NCBI GenBank assembly: GCA_963749195.1
Contig: CAVVLX010000007.1
Coordinates: forward strand, 396,031-460,030
Length of the DNA stretch: 64,000 nucleotides
Reading direction: 5' to 3'
DNA from: an uncultured Thermoplasmata archaeon
GTDB lineage: Archaea; Thermoplasmatota; Thermoplasmata; Lutacidiplasmatales; UBA184
Shown piece after piece: positions 58,993-64,000 of the stretch. Within the stretch, counting starts at the first letter, position 1; every line of letters starts with the position of its first letter. The notes below the pieces were generated by a model. That model saw nothing but the letters and a program-made list of their open reading frames with translations, did not search any database and was not told where the DNA came from. A program made the position numbers and the translations under genes.

Positions 58993-60270
58993 ATGGAACG
59001 GTTCGATGCGATCGTGTTCGGGGATGGCCCTGCCGGTTATGCGGCGGCGCTCGCCATCCGAGGATCGGGGAAGCAGGTGCTCGTGCTCCGACCTGCCGGG
59101 GAGGCTCCAAGCGAGGAAGCGCTCGGGAGCGGGTTTGTCTATCGGACGTCGCGCGATCCCGCCCTGCCTCTAGGATTATTGGAACCCGTCGGGGAGCGCT
59201 ACCTGAGCGAGATTCGTTGGGTGATGCTGGAACCCGGCGGCTCCACGACAATCGACTGTCGGGATCCGAGCTGGGAACGCCCCGTACCGATCGCCTACGC
59301 TACGACTCGATTGGAGCTACGCGCCAAGCTGTCGACGGCCGCCGAAAAGGCGGGGGTGGAAATTCGCCAAGACACCGCCGATGCGAGCCGGGTCGCGTCG
59401 AGCCCAGGGAGTGAGGGAGGGGATACTTTCGGTGGATCGGCGTTCCAAGCGCCGGTGACCGTCCGCACGATGTTCGGGTCGGGTGGCCCGATCGCTCGCC
59501 CCAACGCGGGTCGAGAGGTGGACCGGGTGGCGGAACAATCGTTTCATTTGACGTCGGCGCAATGGGAGAGTCGTTTGAGCCTGCGACCCTCCCAAGGTGT
59601 CGCATTCGAGATACTACCGGTCGCCACCGGTCCGCTCGTCCGAGGGTTCCTGATCACCCGACAGGACCAGGTATCTTTGGGTGCGATCTTGCATGCGCCT
59701 TCCCAGGTCTCCTCCGACGCGTTGCTCCGTTCCATTCTGGGCGAGATCCGAGGACATCCTTCTATCGCTCCGTTGCTACGCGACGCCCAATCGGACGGGG
59801 TGAATTGTTACAGCCTCCCGAACGGGACCGCCACGCCCCCCGCGGCTTACGGACCCGGTTTTCTACGCGCGGGCGCGGCGCTCGGGACCCCCTGCTTCGA
59901 TGGAATTCGCCCCCTCCGACTTGACCTCGAGGTGCGATCCGGCTGGGTCGCCGGAACGGCGATCGCCCAGATGGACGGAGGGTCTCTCGGTACCCGGAAT
60001 CTGGGTCGCAACTATACGGCCCTTCTGCGATCCTCGGGACTCGTCGAGGAGGCGGCCCGGATGCGAGCCATCTTACGGGACGTATCGTGGAATCCGAAAC
60101 TCATCCGCCGATATCCGATCCTTTTCTCTCGTCTGCTGCACGAGTTGATGCACGAAAGCGGTGCTCCCAAGCGATCGGTTCGATCAACTATCCTTAAGGT
60201 GCAGAAAGCAACGCAGGTGGGCCGGATCTCCATGGCTCTCGACGGGCTACGCACCGGCGGAGTGCTATGA
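58993..60270 (+). CDS. fixC: FAD-dependent oxidoreductase, FixC / ETF-quinone oxidoreductase (geranylgeranyl-reductase) family
   Basis: FDAIVFGDGPAGYAAALA (GxGxxG FAD site). Immediately followed by, and overlapping, a FixX-type ferredoxin. Confidence 0.7.
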   Translation: MERFDAIVFGDGPAGYAAALAIRGSGKQVLVLRPAGEAPSEEALGSGFVYRTSRDPALPLGLLEPVGERYLSEIRWVMLEPGGSTTIDCRDPSWERPVPIAYATTRLELRAKLSTAAEKAGVEIRQDTADASRVASSPGSEGGDTFGGSAFQAPVTVRTMFGSGGPIARPNAGREVDRVAEQSFHLTSAQWESRLSLRPSQGVAFEILPVATGPLVRGFLITRQDQVSLGAILHAPSQVSSDALLRSILGEIRGHPSIAPLLRDAQSDGVNCYSLPNGTATPPAAYGPGFLRAGAALGTPCFDGIRPLRLDLEVRSGWVAGTAIAQMDGGSLGTRNLGRNYTALLRSSGLVEEAARMRAILRDVSWNPKLIRRYPILFSRLLHELMHESGAPKRSVRSTILKVQKATQVGRISMALDGLRTGGVL

Positions 60271-60599
60271 GCGATACTTCGACGGCTTCGAGCGATTCCC
60301 TTCCACCGAGCACCGTGGAGTATGTCGAGATCAAGCGACGGTTGGGAACGTTGCGGTATAACACGGATTCCACGGAACACGCACATATTACGACGAAACC
60401 GACGATCTGTGCTCGATGCCCCCACTCATTTTGCACCTTCGTATGTCCCGCCCAATGCTATCAGCGGATCGAGGGTCGATTGGTGTTCCGATATGAGGAT
60501 TGTGTGGAATGCGGGGCCTGCGCCATCGCGTGTGACCAGGGTTCGGTGACGTGGAATCTTCCCCGTGGTCCCTTCGGGGTCCGTTACTCCTTTGGATGA
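60267..60599 (+). CDS. fixX: ferredoxin-like protein FixX
   Basis: CARCPHSFCTFVCPAQCY and CVECGACAIAC Cys clusters. ATGA overlap with fixC. Confidence 0.75.
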   Translation: MSDTSTASSDSLPPSTVEYVEIKRRLGTLRYNTDSTEHAHITTKPTICARCPHSFCTFVCPAQCYQRIEGRLVFRYEDCVECGACAIACDQGSVTWNLPRGPFGVRYSFG

Positions 60600-60743
60600 G
60601 CCGACGGACGCGGGACCCTGGGGGGTCACCGTTCCACTGAAGGCACACCTTCAAACCCCGTTTTCCATCTCACGAGAGCCGGAGAGAAACTTACGCCTCC
60701 AGCATCGGTCGTCCCAGAGCCCCCGTACCTGTTTCCCTACCGA

Positions 60744-62771
60744 GTGCGACCCGGCCAGGACGCGATCCTTCGAGAGGTCGCGGCGGTCGCCGAGCGTGGG
60801 GGAGCCTTACTCATCGATGCGGCGACGGGATCGGGAAAGACGGTCGCGGCGCTGGCCCCGCTTCTCGAGCACGCCCAACGAGCCGACCATCGCATCCTCT
60901 ACTTAGTCCGAACCCACTCCCAAGAAGTCCAAGTCCTGGCCGAGGCCCGCGCGATCGCCCACCGGATCGAGCAGCCGATCCTCGCGGTCGGATTGCAAGG
61001 TCGGCAACGCCGCTGTCTATTACTCCAGGGAGACACCGAGGTCAAGGGCGCGACGGCGGAAGAACATGGAAAGCTCTGCGCGGATCGAAAGCGAGTCGTC
61101 GAGCGATCGTTCCAGGAGGGGATCGCCCCCGAACCCACCGCCGAAGTGGTGGAAGACGGGGATCGTCTCAACCTTGCTAACATCGATGGTTGCCCGTACT
61201 ATGCGCGAGTCCTCCAGTCCGACTTGGGAGAGCTCATCGACCGGTTCAGTGTGAAGCTCCCCACGCCCCGGGAGTTTGACGAGTATTGCGAAAGCGAGAA
61301 TCTCTGCCCCTACGAGCTCTCCAAACTCCTCGTTCCGAAGGCGCGACTCGTGATCGCTCCGTACGCGTTCTTCTTCCACCCCCACATCCGGAACTCCCTG
61401 TATCGCTGGATGGGGGTCGGGCCTGAGCGCGTTGATTTGATCGTGGACGAGGCGCACAACCTGCCCGACCACTTGCGCGATCTTTCGACGGTCGCCTTGC
61501 CGCAAGATTCCGTGCGACGAGCCCGGACCGAGATTGCGGAACGCGGCGATTTCCAGCTTCCCGACGGACCGAGTGCGAGTCGATTCTTGGACATCGTGGG
61601 CGCCGCCGTGGAGGAGCTCATCAATCAGCTCACGATCGACGATGATGCGATCTTGCCCGGCGGTGTGTTCGAGGAGGCGCTGCTGACGGCGCTGGGAGGC
61701 ACGTCCCATCGATTAGACACCTGGCTCGGCGCGCTCGCCACTTGGGGAGAATCGCTGCGGGAAGAACGCCGTCGCGAGCGCCACCTCCCCCGCTCGTGGG
61801 TCCACACCGTCGCCTTAACCCTGCTCTCCTGGCCGCAGCTCGACGAAGGGACCTATGTCAAGGTCGCTTCTCGAGCCCCGCGTCGAGCGCTCGAAGCGTA
61901 TGCGCTGGATGCCTCGATTCCCGCGGCGCCGATTCGCGATTGTCACCTTTCCGTCCATCTCTCGGGAACGTTGGCGCCTTTGACCGAATATCGCGATGCG
62001 TTGGGACTCGGAGAGTCGGCGCGATTGCTCTCCGTTCCTTCGCACTTCCCCCCGGAGAATCGCCGGTTCCTATTCGACCCTACGACCACGACCCGATACG
62101 AAGAGCTCCGCTGGGACCCAAGGACCGTCATTCATATCGCCGACCGAATTTCGGAGATCCTACCCGCCCTGCCGGTCAACACCGCGATTTTCTTCCCGAG
62201 CTTCGATCTGATGAAACGGGTGCTAGATGCCGGGCTCGAATCCGCGCTCCCGAGCGCCACGGTGATCGAAGGACCGCGGACGTCCACCGGAGACTTGTGG
62301 CGTTCGATCGAGGCGCTGAAGAAAGAGGCCCCCGAAGGCGTCCTCATCGGAGTGACCGGAGGTCGCATCGCCGAGGGAGTCGATTTCCCGGGAGAGGAAC
62401 TGGAGGCGGTTATCGTGGTGGGGATCCCGTACCCCAAGCCGACTGCAAAGCGAGAAGCACTCCGGCGCTTCGTCGATGCCCGGACGGGGCGAGGGTGGGA
62501 GTACTGCGTCCAAGCCCCGGCCCAACGCGCGCTCCTGCAGGCGTTCGGTCGGATGATTCGTTCCGAGCACGACCGGGGGATCGGGATCGTCCTAGATCGC
62601 CGTGCTCCGCAGTTTGCGGCGGCCCTTCCGGGTCTCGAGCCGATCCGTGATTTGCGGGCGACGACGCGCGAGTTCTACGGGCGAAAGGTTCGTTGGACTC
62701 GCGCCCCCGCCCCGCGGCCGCCGCCCGCGGCGAGCGGGCCGACCGGGGCCGAAGGTTCTCCCCGGGCATAA
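60744..62771 (+). CDS. xpd: XPD/Rad3-family Fe-S DNA helicase (superfamily 2, DEAH)
   Basis: GTG start (FPYRVRPGQ lies just upstream). Walker A ATGSGKT. Fe-S Cys in CLL...CADRK...CPYY...CPYE. DEAH box (LIVDEAHNL). C-terminal helicase motif V-VI (GVTGGRIAEGVDFPG; QAFGRMIRSEHDRG). Confidence 0.8.
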   Translation: MRPGQDAILREVAAVAERGGALLIDAATGSGKTVAALAPLLEHAQRADHRILYLVRTHSQEVQVLAEARAIAHRIEQPILAVGLQGRQRRCLLLQGDTEVKGATAEEHGKLCADRKRVVERSFQEGIAPEPTAEVVEDGDRLNLANIDGCPYYARVLQSDLGELIDRFSVKLPTPREFDEYCESENLCPYELSKLLVPKARLVIAPYAFFFHPHIRNSLYRWMGVGPERVDLIVDEAHNLPDHLRDLSTVALPQDSVRRARTEIAERGDFQLPDGPSASRFLDIVGAAVEELINQLTIDDDAILPGGVFEEALLTALGGTSHRLDTWLGALATWGESLREERRRERHLPRSWVHTVALTLLSWPQLDEGTYVKVASRAPRRALEAYALDASIPAAPIRDCHLSVHLSGTLAPLTEYRDALGLGESARLLSVPSHFPPENRRFLFDPTTTTRYEELRWDPRTVIHIADRISEILPALPVNTAIFFPSFDLMKRVLDAGLESALPSATVIEGPRTSTGDLWRSIEALKKEAPEGVLIGVTGGRIAEGVDFPGEELEAVIVVGIPYPKPTAKREALRRFVDARTGRGWEYCVQAPAQRALLQAFGRMIRSEHDRGIGIVLDRRAPQFAAALPGLEPIRDLRATTREFYGRKVRWTRAPAPRPPPAASGPTGAEGSPRA

Positions 62772-62803
62772 TCGCTAAGAGCCACCGAAACGGGTGGGGG
62801 TCC

Positions 62804-63781
62804 GTGATCATCACCCGGACTCCTTTGCGGATCAGCTTTGCGGGCGGAGGGACGGACCTCCCTTCCTTCTATCGAGCCTACGGCGGGGGTGCCGTGACCA
62901 GCGCTGCCATCGATCGGTACGTTCACGTCCTCGTGAACGACAAATTCGATCGAGCCATTCGCGTCGCATACACTCGTACCGAGAACGTCGAGCGCGTCGA
63001 CCAGCTCCAACACGGCTTGGTACGAGAGGCGATGAAACTCACCGGCGCCACGGAAGCGCTCGAGATCCACACGATCGCCGATATTCCCTCCGAGGGCTCC
63101 GGATTGGGTTCCTCTTCCTCGCTCACGGTCGGCCTCCTGAACGCGCTCTACGCCCATCGGGGAGTACTGCGGGACCCGCATCAGCTCGCCGAAGAGGCGT
63201 GTCGGATCGAGATCGAACTACTGGGAGGAACGCTCGGCAAACAGGATCAGTACATCGCCGCACTGGGAGGGCTTCAATACCTCGAATTCCGAGCGGACGA
63301 TTCCGTGCGATCGAATCCGATCCCGCTCGCCGAGCGGGAACGGGAGAGTCTCTCGGAGCATCTTTCGCTGTTCTTCACCGGAATTACGCGAAAGGCCGAA
63401 GGGATTTTGAAAGGTCAGGACGCTCGTACTCCAGCGAACCGGGAGTCCCTTTTCCGGCTTCGAGAGCTGGCGGTCGAAGCGCGGGACGCGCTCGTGTCGA
63501 AGGAATGGTCCCGATTAGGCGAGGTGCTGGACGAGGGTTGGCGAATCAAGCGCGGACTGACCGACGGGATCACGAGCTCCACCATCGACGAGCACTACGC
63601 GAAGGCCAAGGCGGCCGGGGCGTGGGGCGGCAAGATCACCGGCGCCGGGGGCGGCGGGTTCCTGCTCGTCGTGCACCCCCCTGAGAGAAGTCATCAAATA
63701 GCGGCCGCCTTGTCTCCGATGGAACGCTTACCCGTTCGGATCCAATCGGAGGGTTCGCGGATCCTGTTTGTGGGGCGGTAG
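62804..63781 (+). CDS. GHMP-family sugar kinase, D-glycero-D-manno-heptose-7-phosphate kinase (HddA)-like
   Basis: From GTG 62804 (M)IITRTPLRISFAGGGTDLPSFY, an HddA/GHMP N-terminal signature. GHMP ATP motif PSEGSGLGSSSS. C-terminal GAGGGGFL. Confidence 0.7.
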   Translation: MIITRTPLRISFAGGGTDLPSFYRAYGGGAVTSAAIDRYVHVLVNDKFDRAIRVAYTRTENVERVDQLQHGLVREAMKLTGATEALEIHTIADIPSEGSGLGSSSSLTVGLLNALYAHRGVLRDPHQLAEEACRIEIELLGGTLGKQDQYIAALGGLQYLEFRADDSVRSNPIPLAERERESLSEHLSLFFTGITRKAEGILKGQDARTPANRESLFRLRELAVEARDALVSKEWSRLGEVLDEGWRIKRGLTDGITSSTIDEHYAKAKAAGAWGGKITGAGGGGFLLVVHPPERSHQIAAALSPMERLPVRIQSEGSRILFVGR

Positions 63782-63789
63782 GGGCCGGA

Positions 63790-64000
63790 ATGACGGGAAT
63801 TGCTCCGTACGTCAAGAAATACATCGAGGAGACGAAAGGCGCCCTCTTGGAGGGGTACCTGACCGAGGGGATCAGCAAGATCGTACCCGTCCTGATCAAA
63901 GCCCGCAAAGCGAGCCGCTCAATCTTCTTCTTCGGGAATGGGGGAAGCGCGTCCACGGCTTCGCACTTCGTGGTCGATATTGGCAAAGCGACGTCGCACG
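63790..64000 (+). CDS. gmhA: phosphoheptose isomerase GmhA (SIS domain), partial; continues beyond the window end
   Basis: My own translation from ATG 63790: MTGIAPYVKKYIEETKGALLEGYLTEGISKIVPVLIKARKASRSIFFFGNGGSASTASHFVVDIGKATSH. GNGGSA...HF is the GmhA signature. Not in the ORF track because it has no stop in the window. Confidence 0.7.
   Translation, partial: MTGIAPYVKKYIEETKGALLEGYLTEGISKIVPVLIKARKASRSIFFFGNGGSASTASHFVVDIGKATSH

Overview
This is a GC-rich archaeal chromosomal segment. The archaeal assignment rests on an archaeal type-II GAPDH, RpoE'/Spt4, DnaG primase, the PolD small subunit DP1, ribosomal proteins S24e and S27ae, and an archaeal-type ProRS. A complete 23S rRNA gene (about 30010..32964, + strand) has no 16S or 5S rRNA on either flank. 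Such unlinked rRNA genes are typical of Thermoplasmata-like Euryarchaeota. I read about 65 protein-coding genes and four tRNAs: Arg-CCG, Asn-GTT with a roughly 35-nt intron at a non-canonical position in the T-loop, a CAT-anticodon tRNA, and Val-GAC. Most genes are housekeeping: GDH, ACAD, GAPDH, PGK, MDH, ThrC, PanE, ThiL, PntAB, FixCX, an XPD helicase, a DEAD-box helicase and a Lon-like ATPase. The conserved archaeal block rpoE'-spt4-DUF359-rps24e-rps27ae is present. I found no CRISPR array, transposase or integrase. The less ordinary content is: (a) a 1044-aa class-III nucleotidyl cyclase-STAND ATPase-TPR protein beside tRNA-Arg. (b) A nucleotidyltransferase-fold protein plus a standalone Cas4-like 4-Cys nuclease immediately upstream of the orphan 23S gene. 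(c) An orphan beta-class DNA methyltransferase between two paralogous polytopic membrane proteins, one fused to a GtrA-like domain. (d) A sulfur-trafficking-like cluster of two HesB/IscA paralogs (one with Gly/Cys-rich insertions), a YafJ/EgtC-type class-II amidotransferase and a MoaD/ThiS-like protein ending in GG. (e) Heptose-nucleotide genes (an HddA-like GHMP kinase and GmhA) at the window end. Three conserved genes (glutamate dehydrogenase, DUF359 and a coiled-coil protein) are split by +/-1 frameshifts, each at a poly-C/G homopolymer. This pattern suggests homopolymer-length errors in the assembly rather than three independent pseudogenes. The supplied ORF track misses two genes that run off the window edges, a TPR protein at 1..1330 (- strand) and gmhA at 63790..64000. 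It also contains many arginine/serine-rich antisense ORFs that are GC artefacts. All functional calls come from motifs I can read in the translations. No database search was run.
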